From positions 64,001 through 128,000 of the forward strand of contig CAVVMW010000004.1 of the NCBI GenBank assembly GCA_963749495.1: a stretch of 64,000 nt of DNA, given 5' to 3'. Shown here in pieces: positions 30,906 to 42,761 of the stretch. The stretch's first letter is position 1. Every line of letters begins with the position of its first letter. Under the pieces are notes generated by a model. That model saw only the letters and a list, made by a program, of their open reading frames with translations, was not told the origin of the DNA and made no database searches. Origin of the DNA: an uncultured bacterium (GTDB lineage Bacteria > Verrucomicrobiota > Verrucomicrobiia > Limisphaerales > UBA8199). Position numbers and translations under genes: made by a program.

Positions 30906-32300
30906 TTATCGCGAAAGCTGTTTTTCAAGATATTGGACCACCTGCCGGATGTTGGCGTCCACCTCCATCCGGTCCTTGACCAGCCGGCAGGCGTGCATGA
31001 CGGTGCCATGGTCGCGACCGCCGAAGGCCTCGCCGATGACGCTCAGGGAACTGGGGGTCATCTCGCGCGCCAGGTACATGGCCACCTGGCGCGGGAAGGC
31101 AATATTCTCCGGGCGTCGTCTGCTGGTCATGTCGGCCAGCCGGATGTCGTAATGCTCGGCAACGCGCTTTTGGATGAGTTCGATGCTGACGGAGGCGCGG
31201 CCCTCCTCGTGGAGGATTTCGTGCAGGAGGCCCTCGACCACCTCGAGGCTGAGCTTATTGCCGGTCAGGGAGGCATAGGAGGCAACGCGGATGAGCGCCC
31301 CCTCGAGTCGGCGGATATTGGTCCGAATCCGGTTGGCGAGGAAGCTCATGATCTCCTCCGGCAACTGGACGCCCATCAACTGGGCCTTCTTGCGCAGGAT
31401 GGCCAGGCGCATCTCGACATCCGGCGGCTGCAGGTCCGTGACCAGGCCCCACTCGAAGCGCGAGACCAGGCGCTGCTCCAGGTTCTGGATCTCGCTGGCC
31501 GGACGGTCGCACGTCAGGACGATCTGCCGATGGGCCTCGTGCAGGGCGTTGAAGGTGTGAAAGAACTCCTCCTGGATGCGCTCCTTGCCTGCCAGGAACT
31601 GGATGTCATCAATGAGCAGCACGTCGGTCTGGCGGTATTTCTTGCGGAACCGGGCCATCTGGTTGTTCTGGATGCCATCAATGTATTCGTTGGTGAACTT
31701 CTCGGAGGAGACGTAAGCGACACGGGCGTTCTTTCTGCCGGTGACGACGTGCTGGCCGATGGCCTGGAGGAGGTGGGTCTTGCCCAGGCCCACCCCCCCG
31801 TAAAGGAAGAGCGGGTTATAGGACTTGCCGGGGGCCTTCGCCACCGCCAGCGCCGCCGCATAGGCAAAGTTGTTGTTGCTCCCGACCACGAAGGCCTCGA
31901 AGGTGTTTTTGGGGTTGAACTCCAGCTCGTGGTCCGCCCTGACGCGTTGCGTCCCCGGCTCGATGAGCAAGGCCGCCTTGAGGGCCTGATGCTCCGGGGC
32001 CGCCGCGGCGGCAGCCGACGGGCAGACGGCAACCTGCGGGGCCGGGGCCGGCGTCCCCACCCTGAACTTGATTTGCATCTGCTGCCCCGAGGAGACGGCC
32101 ACCGCGTCCCGGAGCAGGCTCATGTAGTTGTCCGTGAGCCACACCTCGCAGAAATCGTTGGCCACCTCGAGCACCAGGTGGTTGTTTTCCTGTCCGCACG
32201 CCCGCAACGGCGCGAACCACAGGTTGTAGGTATCAACGCTGAGCATCGAACGCAGACGGTCCTGCGCCGCGCCCCAAATACTCTCTGCGGAAGCTTGCAT
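30906..32300 (-). CDS. dnaA: Chromosomal replication initiator
   Basis: [49 protein letters not shown]. Confidence 0.98.
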   Translation of the reverse strand: MQASAESIWGAAQDRLRSMLSVDTYNLWFAPLRACGQENNHLVLEVANDFCEVWLTDNYMSLLRDAVAVSSGQQMQIKFRVGTPAPAPQVAVCPSAAAAAAPEHQALKAALLIEPGTQRVRADHELEFNPKNTFEAFVVGSNNNFAYAAALAVAKAPGKSYNPLFLYGGVGLGKTHLLQAIGQHVVTGRKNARVAYVSSEKFTNEYIDGIQNNQMARFRKKYRQTDVLLIDDIQFLAGKERIQEEFFHTFNALHEAHRQIVLTCDRPASEIQNLEQRLVSRFEWGLVTDLQPPDVEMRLAILRKKAQLMGVQLPEEIMSFLANRIRTNIRRLEGALIRVASYASLTGNKLSLEVVEGLLHEILHEEGRASVSIELIQKRVAEHYDIRLADMTSRRRPENIAFPRQVAMYLAREMTPSSLSVIGEAFGGRDHGTVMHACRLVKDRMEVDANIRQVVQYLEKQLSR

Positions 32301-32685
32301 GTCTAATTCGTAAAAAGTCCGGCTTTCGGACAGTTTATTCACCTGACCACTTCCTGCACCGCCATCACTGCTCCCGGGCTCGCGTTCAGCGGCCCAAATC
32401 GGGGCCGAACGAAAGATCTCCCGCAAAGACCGGGATTCCTAAGACACTTTCGGATATGGAGTTATGCTCAAGCCGCTGAACACCAACCACTTACAACTTC
32501 ACTGGCTGACCGGCTCAGGCATCGGTTTCTCTCTGGCCCGCTCTGCGCGGGCTGTGCCACCGTCCCGCGCACTCTCTTTTAGGCAATTGCGCCCCAACCT
32601 GCGAGAAGAACATATTAACTCTTATTCGCGAGTTATTCACAGGCGGTTTTCGCCACGAAATCAGGCCCTTTTCGAGCGATTTTCC
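32301..32685. promoter_or_regulatory. dnaA upstream region with DnaA-box-like sites
   Basis: TTATTCACA at 32633-32641; near matches TTATTCACC (~32335) and TTATTCGCG (~32622). Confidence 0.5.
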
Positions 32686-33246
<561 letters not shown>

Positions 33247-33289
33247 CTAATGGCGAAGTCAAGCTAAGTTAATATTTGCCGAAAGGCAG

Positions 33290-33319
33290 TTGACAGGGAT
33301 AAGACCTGGTGATTAACTT
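33290..33319 (+). promoter_or_regulatory. Sigma70-like promoter
   Basis: TTGACA (33290-33295), 18 bp spacer, TAACTT (33314-33319), AT-rich upstream. Confidence 0.7.
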
Positions 33320-33325
33320 GCTCAA

Positions 33326-33522
33326 GACAGCGCATCGGGCAGGCGCTGGCGTAGCGCGGTTTGCGCGATTGGCATGGGTTCTTTGTCAGCCCGAATACGA
33401 TTTCGGTTCAGGTTCCGGGTACAGGCCTGAATCGATTTTCTCCGTAATCCTACTGTTGTACTAATTCGAAAATTCCCCGGGCTTTTCGGTCACCCCCTGA
33501 CTGACTGGCCCGGTTTTTTTTT
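33326..33522 (+). ncRNA. Putative structured small RNA (unassigned family)
   Basis: Lies between a promoter and a terminator; serial hairpins; no long ORF. Confidence 0.55.
33477..33522 (+). terminator. Rho-independent terminator
   Basis: CCGGGC-tt-TCGGTCA-ccccc-TGACTGA-..-GCCCGG followed by T9. Confidence 0.8.
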
Positions 33523-33581
33523 GCCGCGCGCCGCCGCCCAAATGCGCCGGCTCAGCACCACCACGTTTCACGCTTCGCGTT

Positions 33582-34181
33582 TCACGCTTCGCGCGCCGCC
33601 AGGCTCTCCGCATCATGGCGCACCGTCCGGGGATACCGGGCGAGGATGCGGCGCAGGGTCCGTGCGTCGAGGCGGTCAAGATTTCGAAAGGTGACCAGGG
33701 AGCGGGCCTGCAGCGAGCGGCGCCGCGCCAAATAAAGGAAGTCGCACAGCGCCTGTTCCGGCCCGGCGATCAGACCCTCGGCGGGGCGGCAATAGAGGCG
33801 CGGACTGACGCAGACGAACACCAGCCGGCCCAGAGGTCCCTCCCGTTGCCGGGAGCGGTTGTGCCGCCGGTTGGTGAAGCAGGTGATCTCGACCGGCACT
33901 TGCGTGACCAGGTTGCGCCGATGGAGGGCATAGAAGCCGGTGATGTAGGCCGAGGCATCGACCAGGGGCAGGAGGTCCTCCGGGGAAACACCCCGGACCG
34001 CGCCGTAGCGGCCCTGGGCGTAGCGGGCCACGACGCCGCGCCGGATCAATCGCGACAGCTCCACATTCAACACTCGCGGCGAGGCCCGGGCCGCATTGGC
34101 AAGTTCAGCCACCGTGAACACGCGCTTGCCGTGCTGTTCCTGCTGGGCCTGGAAGAACTGCTGCCATTGGAGCGCCTTCAT
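33582..34181 (-). CDS. AbiEi-like (type IV TA) wHTH antitoxin
   Basis: VFTVAELANA...LSRLIRRGVVARYAQGRY, AYITGFYAL...TQVPVEITCFT, AGPEQALCDFLYL. Confidence 0.78.
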   Translation of the reverse strand: MKALQWQQFFQAQQEQHGKRVFTVAELANAARASPRVLNVELSRLIRRGVVARYAQGRYGAVRGVSPEDLLPLVDASAYITGFYALHRRNLVTQVPVEITCFTNRRHNRSRQREGPLGRLVFVCVSPRLYCRPAEGLIAGPEQALCDFLYLARRRSLQARSLVTFRNLDRLDARTLRRILARYPRTVRHDAESLAAREA

Positions 34182-34953
34182 AAGCGGACGTTGTCCCGGA
34201 TCAATCTCAGGGCGCGGTCAAACACGGTCTTGCCGCCGCCGCCCGCATTCATGCGGCGCGCCGCCTCCGGGTCAACCTGGCTGTCGATAACGGCCTGGAC
34301 AGAGCGGGCGTGATACCCGGCGTTCTGCTCCAGGTCAGTCAGCCTCCGGCGAACCGACGAGGTCTCCAGCCGCGCCATGCCGATTTTCTCACGCACTCGC
34401 CGCGGCGAATCTTCCGTCAACGAGCACCCGTGCAGGAAAGATCCACAAAATCCCGGTGCTCGATATAAACTCGGTTAAGGCTGGCGATTATTTTCCCTTC
34501 TGCGAGGTCTTGATCGGACGGGGTTGGATAGACGATTCCGCCCGCCGTTCGGATCTCGGGAGGGTCCAGGCACGTGATTCGGGTAATCTCCAGCGGCAGC
34601 ACGACTTGGCTGGCAGCGCGCTTCATCTTCCAGAATCGAAGCTCGACAAACCGCGCGTTTGGAGATTCGGCCTCAGGCCCTGTTGGGATGGCCACCGTCC
34701 CGTCGTAGCCGAGTTCTCGGCGCACTTGGGGGACCAGGCTCCGACGGCAAAGGCGGAGCAGTTCGCCCTGCTTTTCCTGGAGGCTCCCGTCCCAGTGATA
34801 GTCTATGTCCATCGAGCGGCGGGCGCTCTGGTCCAGGAGACGGTAGCGGAAGCCGCCGATCAGGAGCAGGTTGTGCCCGGCAGGGTTCACGGCCACCGTT
34901 CGCGCGGCCATGACCTGTATCTTCTCGAGGTCCTCTCCTGAGTGGAAGGCCAC
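34178..34953 (-). CDS. AbiEii-like nucleotidyltransferase (frameshift ~34437)
   Basis: LLLIGGFRYRL...RRSMDIDY, AEGKIIASLNR...HRDFVDL; continues FLHGCSL...DNVRL* in the other frame; start uncertain (34911-35016). Confidence 0.75.
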
Positions 34954-35050
34954 GGTGGAAGGATAGATCGCGTGTAACGATTTGCAACAGAAATGTTTCA
35001 CTACGTTACCTGTCACCCGCCTCGCAGCGGAGGTTGATCGGGTTTCAGGG

Positions 35051-35179
35051 CCTTTGTCGCAGGCTTTGTCGCGACCTTTGTCGAACCCCCGGCACGATTC
35101 AACAAAGGCCCCGACAAAGGCTGCGACAAAAATGCCAGAAGAAGGCCGTTTTCCGTGTGTTCCGTGTGTTCCGTGGTTC
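35051..35179. repeat. Family D palindrome plus TTCCGTGTG 9-mer repeats
   Basis: ctttgtcgcaggctttgtcgcgacctttgtcg...caaaggccccgacaaaggctgcgacaaa; ttccgtgtgttccgtgtgttccgtggtt. Confidence 0.7.
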
Positions 35180-35357
35180 TTAAGAAATGGTTAGGCGCGG
35201 ATTTGCGGTTGCGGATCAGGGTTGTCAAGCCGCGGGCTTTGGGATTACGATAAGGGGGACGTGGGTTTTAGCCGCTTAAACCGGTTGGCGCGGACGAACC
35301 CCGCGAGCAGGGTTTGAGCAGGATTTCGTGCAGGACGGACCCCGTGACGAGCAGGCG

Positions 35358-36095
35358 ATGTTACAGAACATAGGCGAGATGATGGTATTATTCTGGCGCG
35401 CGCTGGCGGCCATGCCGCTGGCATGGCGGCATCGTCAGAAGGTATTCGAGCAGTTTTTCGAGATCGGCAACGCCAGCCTGCTGATGGTGAGCATCCTGTC
35501 GTTTTTCATCGGGGGCGTGATTGCCCTGCAGACGGCGCCGGTGCTGGTCGAGCACGGGCTGGCCAGCGCGGTAGGCGGGGTGGTGGGGATAGCGATCTGC
35601 CGGGAGCTGGCGCCGGTGATGATGTCGATCCTGATCGCCGGGCGCATTGGCTCGGCCATGGCGGCGGAGATCGGCTCGATGCAAGTCTATCAGGAGATCG
35701 ATGCCCTGCGCACGATGAACATCAACCCGGTCCATTACCTGGTCATGCCGCGCCTGCTGGCGATCCTGGTGGCGCTGCCGATGCTGGTCACCTTTGCCAT
35801 CCTGGTCGGCTGGCTGGGCGGGGCGCTGGTCTGCATGCTCAATCACCGCATCGAGATCTCCTTTGCCTCGTTCCTGTCGACCTTCCAGGACGTGGTGACG
35901 CTCAACGACGTGGCCAACGGCGTCTTCAAGAGCTTTATCTTTGCCGCCGTCGTGGGGGTCGTTTCCTGCCACCAGGGCCTGATCACGCGCGGCGGGCCGC
36001 GCGGCATCGGCCGTTCCGTCACCAAGGCGGTGGTGAACTCGATTGTGCTGATCGTCATCCTGGATTACCTGCTGACCCGCCTCCTGATGAGTTGA
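35358..36095 (+). CDS. mlaE: MlaE-family ABC permease
   Basis: RELAPVM...AGRIGSAMAAEIGSMQVYQEIDALRTM; start 35328 or 35358. Confidence 0.94.
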   Translation: MLQNIGEMMVLFWRALAAMPLAWRHRQKVFEQFFEIGNASLLMVSILSFFIGGVIALQTAPVLVEHGLASAVGGVVGIAICRELAPVMMSILIAGRIGSAMAAEIGSMQVYQEIDALRTMNINPVHYLVMPRLLAILVALPMLVTFAILVGWLGGALVCMLNHRIEISFASFLSTFQDVVTLNDVANGVFKSFIFAAVVGVVSCHQGLITRGGPRGIGRSVTKAVVNSIVLIVILDYLLTRLLMS

Positions 36096-36103
36096 GCGCC
36101 ATC

Positions 36104-36886
36104 ATGAACTCACCCGCTCCCAACCAGCGCGGCGTCGGTGTCCAGGTGCGCGGCCTGCGCAAGAGCTTCGATGGCCAGGCAGTGCTCCAGGGCCTGGACT
36201 TCGAGGTCAAGCCGGCGGAGATCTTCATCATCATGGGCCCCAGCGGCAGCGGCAAGACCGTCCTGCTCAAGCACCTCATCGGGCTGGAATCGCCCGACTC
36301 GGGTGAAATCCTGATCGAGGGCCGCCCCGTCCAGGCCCCGGAACTCATGGACCAATACCGCATGGCCATGGTCTTCCAGTCCGGCGCCCTGCTCAACTCC
36401 CTGACCGTCGGCGAAAACGTCGGCCTCTATCTGTCCGAGCACCGCCTCAAACCCCCCGAAGAAATCGCCCGCATCGTCGCCGAGAAACTCCAGGTCGTGG
36501 GCCTCAAAGGCACCGAAGACAAGATGCCCAGCGACCTCTCGGGCGGCATGAAGAAGCGCGTGGCCATCGCCCGCGCCCTGGTCATCGAGCCGCAGTTGAT
36601 CCTTTACGACGAGCCGACCAGCGAATTGGACCCGCTCTCGGCCATCGTCGTTGCCGAGCAAATCGTGCAGTTGCAGCGGCGCATCGGTGTCACCTCGCTC
36701 GTGGTGACGCACGACCGCAACCTGGCCTTCGGGGTGGCCGATCGCATTGCGGTCATCAACTCGGGCCGCATCCTGACCATCGGCACGCCCGACGAGGTCA
36801 GGCGCTCGCCCATCGCCCTGGTCCAGCAATTCCTCCAGGCGGATTTCCGGCGCCCGCCAGGACCCCCCCGAGGCCAGCCGGCTTGA
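36104..36886 (+). CDS. mlaF: MlaF-family ABC ATPase
   Basis: GPSGSGKT, LSGGMKKRVAIARAL, ILYDEPT. Confidence 0.94.
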   Translation: MNSPAPNQRGVGVQVRGLRKSFDGQAVLQGLDFEVKPAEIFIIMGPSGSGKTVLLKHLIGLESPDSGEILIEGRPVQAPELMDQYRMAMVFQSGALLNSLTVGENVGLYLSEHRLKPPEEIARIVAEKLQVVGLKGTEDKMPSDLSGGMKKRVAIARALVIEPQLILYDEPTSELDPLSAIVVAEQIVQLQRRIGVTSLVVTHDRNLAFGVADRIAVINSGRILTIGTPDEVRRSPIALVQQFLQADFRRPPGPPRGQPA

Positions 36887-36905
36887 ACTTGGAAAGACCT
36901 GACTT

Positions 36906-37904
36906 ATGAAAAACACGCTTGAAACCCGGCTGGGCATCTTTGTCGCCCTGGTCATCATCGCCTTCGTGCTCATCCTGGAATTCCTCGGGGGCGCCGAGCG
37001 GTTCCGCCGCGGCACCCATTACCGCGCCCTCTTCAACAACGTCCAGGACCTCAAGGTGGGCGACCGCGTCAAGATCGGCGGCAAGGAGGTCGGCCGCGTC
37101 GACGACATCAACCTCCAAGAGAATGTCAACAAGGTCGAGGTCACGATCAAAGTCAACTCGAACGTGCGCGTCCACACCGACAGCACGGCCACCATCAAGT
37201 ACACCGGGTTGATGGGCCAGAACTTCGTCTCGCTGGACTTCGGCTCGGCCGGCGCCCCGGTGGCGACCGCGGGCGCCCTGCTCAACTCCGCCGAGACTCC
37301 CGACATCAGCGCCATGATGACCAAGCTGGACAGTGCCGTGGGCGGCCTCCAGAACCTGACCGCCAGCTTCACGGGGGAGAAGATCGATAACCTCCTCGGC
37401 CCCTTCACCGATTTCCTCAAGGCCAACAGGGGCCCGCTCACCGCCACCATCGCCAACATCCAGACCATCTCCAGCCAGATCTCCGAAGGCAAAGGCACCG
37501 TCGGCAGACTCGTCAACGACCCGGCGCTCTACAACTCCACACTCTCGGCCGTCACCAACTTCCAGGACACCGCTGCCGAGATCAAGACCACCGTGGCCGA
37601 CGCGCGCAAGGCCATCGACCAGGCCAACCAAGTCCTGGCCCGCGCCAACGCAGGCGAGGGCACCGTCGGCAAGCTCCTCAAGGAGGAGACGCTTTACCGC
37701 GACCTGACTTCCTCGGCCGCCAGCCTCAGGGAAATCCTCCAAAAGGTCAACCAGGGCCAGGGCTCCGCCGGCAAACTCATCAACGACCGCGACCTCTACG
37801 ACAATGCCAAGATGACCCTGCAGAAACTGGACAAGGCCACCGAGGGCCTCGAAGACCAGGGCCCGCTCAGCATGATGGGGATGTTGCTCAATAATCTGTT
37901 CTGA
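36906..37904 (+). CDS. mlaD: MlaD/MCE-domain protein with helical extension
   Basis: N-terminal TM; LKVGDRVKIGGKEVGRV, GLMGQNFVSL; repeated GTVGKL. Confidence 0.92.
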   Translation: MKNTLETRLGIFVALVIIAFVLILEFLGGAERFRRGTHYRALFNNVQDLKVGDRVKIGGKEVGRVDDINLQENVNKVEVTIKVNSNVRVHTDSTATIKYTGLMGQNFVSLDFGSAGAPVATAGALLNSAETPDISAMMTKLDSAVGGLQNLTASFTGEKIDNLLGPFTDFLKANRGPLTATIANIQTISSQISEGKGTVGRLVNDPALYNSTLSAVTNFQDTAAEIKTTVADARKAIDQANQVLARANAGEGTVGKLLKEETLYRDLTSSAASLREILQKVNQGQGSAGKLINDRDLYDNAKMTLQKLDKATEGLEDQGPLSMMGMLLNNLF

Positions 37905-37910
37905 GTTCTC

Positions 37911-38810
37911 CTACTGCGCCGCGTCCCTGGCCGGCAGGCCGCGCAGGTGCTGGTCGAACCAATCCGCCAGCAGCGGCAGGTCTTTGCCGATGTCGGGCCA
38001 GCCATGTTGCCCGGCGGGTTTGACGATGAGCTTGGCGGTGGCACCCAGGGATTTGGCCTTGTCCACGAAGCTTTGGGCCTGCTGGATGGGCACCAGCTTG
38101 TCGGCGTCGCCGTGGATGATCAGGGTTGGCGGCAGGTTCGAGTTGATCCAATAAATCGGCGAGATCTCGCGCCCAAGCTGCTGGCGTCCCTCGGGCGTGT
38201 CGGAGCGCGGCCCGAACCCCGACTTGAAGTCCTTGAGGATGCCCACGCCGACGGCATCCTCGCCCGGCTTGCCGTAATTGAGGAAGTCGGTCGGAGGAAA
38301 GAAGCAGGCGATGGCCTGCACCGCGCTGCTCTCGTGGTCCACGGGGTCTTTGGCCCCGGTTGAACCCGGGCCGCCCCGGACGCCCATCGTCAGGGAAAGG
38401 TGTCCGCCGGCACTGGCGCCCAGGATGCCGATGTGGTCCGGGTTGATTCCGAACTTGGCGGCGTTGTGGCGAATGAACCGGATCGAGCGGTGGATGTCCT
38501 CGATGATTTCGCTGACGACGTACTTGGGCTGCGAGCCGTGAACGACGGTGAAGACGGTGTAGCCCCGGTCCAGGAAGATTTGAAAGAAGACCGCATTGAT
38601 GGCCTCGTGGCTGGAGTACCAGCCGCCGCTGACCATGAAGGCCAGGCCATAGCCATTGGGCTTGGACGGCTGAAATACGTCGAGCGTCAGGGCCACGCCC
38701 GGGCGGCGCCCATAGATCACGTCCTCGGTGCGCTTGAACTCGGCAGGGGTTTGCGCCAACGCCGTGACGCACAGGGCCAGGGTGAGAAGGCACAACAGGG
38801 GCTTTTTCAT
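37911..38810 (-). CDS. Secreted alpha/beta-hydrolase (esterase)
   Basis: SGGW, GASAGGHL, LIIHGDADKLV, QHGW. Confidence 0.92.
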   Translation of the reverse strand: MKKPLLCLLTLALCVTALAQTPAEFKRTEDVIYGRRPGVALTLDVFQPSKPNGYGLAFMVSGGWYSSHEAINAVFFQIFLDRGYTVFTVVHGSQPKYVVSEIIEDIHRSIRFIRHNAAKFGINPDHIGILGASAGGHLSLTMGVRGGPGSTGAKDPVDHESSAVQAIACFFPPTDFLNYGKPGEDAVGVGILKDFKSGFGPRSDTPEGRQQLGREISPIYWINSNLPPTLIIHGDADKLVPIQQAQSFVDKAKSLGATAKLIVKPAGQHGWPDIGKDLPLLADWFDQHLRGLPARDAAQ

Positions 38811-38891
38811 AGGTATATTTCGCCGCGGAGTGTGACGCGAGGGCCGGGACTGTCAAGAGCGATGAGCGCGCCCCAAAAGGCATTTTTTTAA

Positions 38892-38957
38892 TAACCACGC
38901 AACACACGGAATACACGGAAAAGGCCCGTTCCGTGTATTCCGTGTATTCCGTGGTTT
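38892..38957. repeat. Inverted 9-mer array (ACACGGAAT / ATTCCGTGT)
   Basis: aaccacgcaacacacggaatacacggaaa...ttccgtgtattccgtgtattccgtggtt. Confidence 0.8.
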
Positions 38958-39148
38958 TTTATTTTCTCTCGATTGGCGCCGAAACTGAGCAGGTCCTATT
39001 CTCCCTGTTGATCTGGCACAAGAGGATTCCTTAAGCGTGGTTTTGGGGCGCGCTCGCATTGCGCCGGGCGCAGAATCTTGGTGCGATTGGGCGATTGGGC
39101 GTTTACACTCCCGGCGTTCGAGACAACGAGAAATGGGAGCATCGCGCC

Positions 39149-42100
39149 ATGCCGTCCGCACGCTATAACGAGGTTCTTGAGGCCCTGCGGGAATTCGTCT
39201 CGCGCGAGAGAATCGAGCTCGGTGCCGCCCGCGCTCGAGTCCGAGCCGATTTCGGCTTACCCGCCCATTCAGAAGTACGTTCTCGACCTGAAGAACGCCG
39301 TAAAGCCCGAGACCGCCGCCGAAGACCTCTTCACGGCCCTCTGCCAGGACGTTCCTGGGATTCCAACCGACGCGCCAGGTTGGCACGGGCGAGGGTTGGG
39401 TGGACTTCATGCTGCCCGAGCGCAAGGGCGAACCGCTGCCGCTCGAGCTCAAGCCGCTGTTTCAGCGCGACGGCCCGGACGCCCTGTGGCGCAGCGATGC
39501 CAACCCCAAGCACCACGTCGCCCAAATCAAAAAGTACCTCCGCGACCATGAATACCTGGTCCTAACGGATCTCCGGACTGCCTGGTTCTTCAACGCGCGT
39601 GATTTCTTCTTCGAGAACAGGCCGTTCGGAGAACTGCCGTTCCCCGACTTTTTCGACCGCTGCCGCGAATCCGGCAGCATCCTCGACACCTTGCGCCGCG
39701 CCGAGGACACGGCCGAGAAACCGGAGCTGGAACAGCAGTTCTTCGAGGACCTCAAGGTCTGGTTCGGTGAGTTCGACAAGGTCAAATGGACCCCGCCCGA
39801 ACAGTCCGCCGAGTCCATCATCCTGCTCATCAACAAGCTCATCTTCGCCCGGACCATCGAGGATTTTGGCCTGGTGCATTACCGCTTTACTCAGGATGAA
39901 TACGCGCGTTTTTTAAAACTCTGGGAGCCCAAGGGCGCCCATCGCGTCGTTCCCAAGTTCCTCGATTTCTTCGAGGAGTTCTTTGACGAGTACTACGATA
40001 CCGAGATCTTCTCCACGCGCGTCTGGGACCGCCTGGATAAAGACCCGGCCAACCTCCAGCGCTTTTGCAACAAGCTCAATTTCGTGCTCGGCGTCAATTC
40101 CTGGGAGCAGACCTTCAGCCGCGGCATCGTCCACTACAACTACCGCCGCATCGATGAGGACATCTTCGGCAAGAGCTACGAGATGTTCCTTGCCGCCAAT
40201 CGCAAGGATGAGGGCATATACTACACCCCCGGAGCGGTCACCGCCCCGATGGCCCAGTCCATGGTCAGCTCGCTCGCGGGAAAGCTCGTGGACGAACTCT
40301 GCGCGGCCGTCGGCAGCCAGCAGTGCGATTTTGCCCGCGCGGAGATGCTCATGGCGCAACTGGCTGAAATCCGGGTGGCGGACACCGCCTGCGGCAGCGG
40401 CGGCTTTCTCATCAAAGTCCTCCGCGGCTTCTGGCAGCAATACCAGCGCATTGACGGGGCCTGCGCCTGGGTGCAGAAGATTCTCCGCCCCGAAAATGGC
40501 GAGCTTTACCTCGCCGAACTGCCCCCCAATGTCGAGGCCGCCCTCGGCTTCCGCCGCCGCCACAACCTCGACAACCGCCGCGTCCTCATCGCGCAGCTCC
40601 TCCTCCGCCACATCTTCGGCGTGGACAAAGACCCCGGCGCGCTCGAAGTCGCCAAGACCAACATCTGGAAAGAGGCCGTCAAGCTCTCGCCCGCGGACTA
40701 CAACTACCGCCAGCTCAAGATGGAGGTCGTGCGCATCCTCCCGAATCTCGAGTTGAACTTTCACGCCGCCGACTCGCTGGTGGACGCGGACCTTGCCCGG
40801 CAGGCCGCGTGGCTGGCGGAATATCACCAGGCCGAACTGAAACGGCTCTCCGAACTGCGCGCCCGTTATATCGCCAACCCGATGCTGCACGAACCTCTGG
40901 ACGAAGCGCTCGCCCTGCGCCGGAAGGTCCGCGCCGATCTGGCCGAGCATTTCCAATCCGAAAACCTCCCTTGCGAGCCGGGCGGGTTCGCGCTTCACTT
41001 CTGGCCCTGCTGGTTCACGCCCGAGGGCAGGCCCCGCGAAGCCCCCGGCTTCGACGGCATTATCGGCAACCCGCCTTGGGAGGGGTTCAAACCCATCCGC
41101 AAGGAATTCGCCGCCGCCTTCTACCGCGATAAACCGCAGTTTCGCAAAATGGGCATGGACGGCCCGGCCTTCGACAAGTGGTTTGCCGAGGAACTCCAAA
41201 CGAACCCCGGCTTCGCCGCCCGCTGGCACGCGCATGAGGAATATTACGAACACCATAAGGAATTCTTCGGGAATACCTACAAGCACCAGGGCACCGGCGA
41301 CTGGAACCTCTTCAAACTCTTCATCGAGCGCGACCTCTCGCTCGTCCGCGCGGGCGGGCGGTTCTCGTTGCTCGTCCCCAGCGGGTTCCAGACCGATGAA
41401 GGCTGCGCCGGCCTCCGCCGCTGGTTCATCACCGAGCACCGCCTCGAGGAATTGACCTCCTTTGAAAACCGCGGCTATACCACCGTCGAGAAGGGCAAGG
41501 AGTTGACCAAACAGATCTTCCCCGACGTGGACAGCCGTTTCAAATTCGGTTTCTTCAAAGTTGTCAAGGATGCGCCTACGCCCAAGGACCACGCCTTCGA
41601 CGCTCGATTTTATCTGCACGACCCCAGGGATGTCTCCGCCACGCCGATTCGTTACGCCGCCGAAATGATACGCCGGTTCTCGCCGCACAATGAATCCTTC
41701 ATGGAATTCCGCTCGCCGGCGGATTACGAACTAGCCACGAGGATTCGTGGCAATCACCGGCTCCTCGAAGAGTTCGGCTACACCTTTCGCCGCGAATTGC
41801 ACATGACGGGCGACAGCCATTTCTTCCGCGAACTGGGGGCCAGCAAACCGGCCAGGGGCCAGCTTCGGCTCTACGAGGGCAAAATGATTCATCAGTTCGA
41901 CGCGCACTTCAGTCTGCCCACGCACGTAGTGGAGGAGGCCGAGGTCCGCGAAGAGCTGCTTCGCAAGGAGATCTTCCGGCTGGCCCAGTTCGTCCGGGAC
42001 GGGAAGTGCGCCAGGCTCGACGGGAGAGACGTACCCGAATCCCGGGAGGAACTGGAGAGAATGTTGCGCGAGATTTTCGAAAAGCGTGGATTCAAATTGC

Positions 42101-42621
42101 AGTACCAATTTGACCGCTTCGCGTACCGCGAGGTTGCTCGCTCGACCGACGAGCGAACCATCATCGCAGCCATTGTTCCCAAGGGTGCAGTGATGGCGCA
42201 CACGCTGATGTATCTCGCCCCGTACACTTATGAGTTGGATGGGGACCGATTGGGGCAGCGCAAACTCCCGGATGATGCACAGCCTGGCCTGGTTGCGCTG
42301 GCAAACTCGCTAACCCTGAACTATTACATCCGCAGCAAGGTTTCAGCGCACGTTAGCGCTTTCCAATTTCTCGAGCTTCCGGCGCCCGACACTGCCAAGC
42401 CACAGGAGGCCAGGCTCGCCGCCTCCGCCGCGCAGCTCGTGAAGAAGCCGCACGACGTCAAGGAGCGCGCCGCGCTCGAGGTCTTCATCGCCCGCGAGGT
42501 TTACGGCCTGTCGCTCGACGACTGGAAACACCTCACCGGCACGTTCACCTTCGGCAGCGGCCCGACCAAGGAGGAACTGGACGAGATCATCCGCCAATCC
42601 CTTGCCCTCTGGCAGGCCTGA
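39149..42621 (+). CDS. Type IIG-like fused restriction endonuclease / N6-adenine methyltransferase (two N-terminal frameshifts, ~39228 and ~39352)
   Basis: VDFML...PLELKP PD-(D/E)xK-like; GIYYTP; VADTACGSGGFL (motif I); IIGNPPW (motif IV); TRD-like LYEGKMIHQF, STDERTIIA. Confidence 0.88.
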
Positions 42622-42761
42622 GCCGGGCTATCGCATCCGCGACGTTTTGCTGGCGGTCGCGCTGCGATGTGTCCATATTCACGCGGGTGAAATCTGACCT
42701 TTAACGCAACTGTTATGGAACCGGAGGCGATGTGATGAACCAAGATGCCGGCGATATGGGG

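Noticed and set aside
39220..39360. Programmed frameshifting or phase variation of the R-M gene
   Set aside because: No long homopolymer or slippery heptamer; it fits the window-wide indel pattern.
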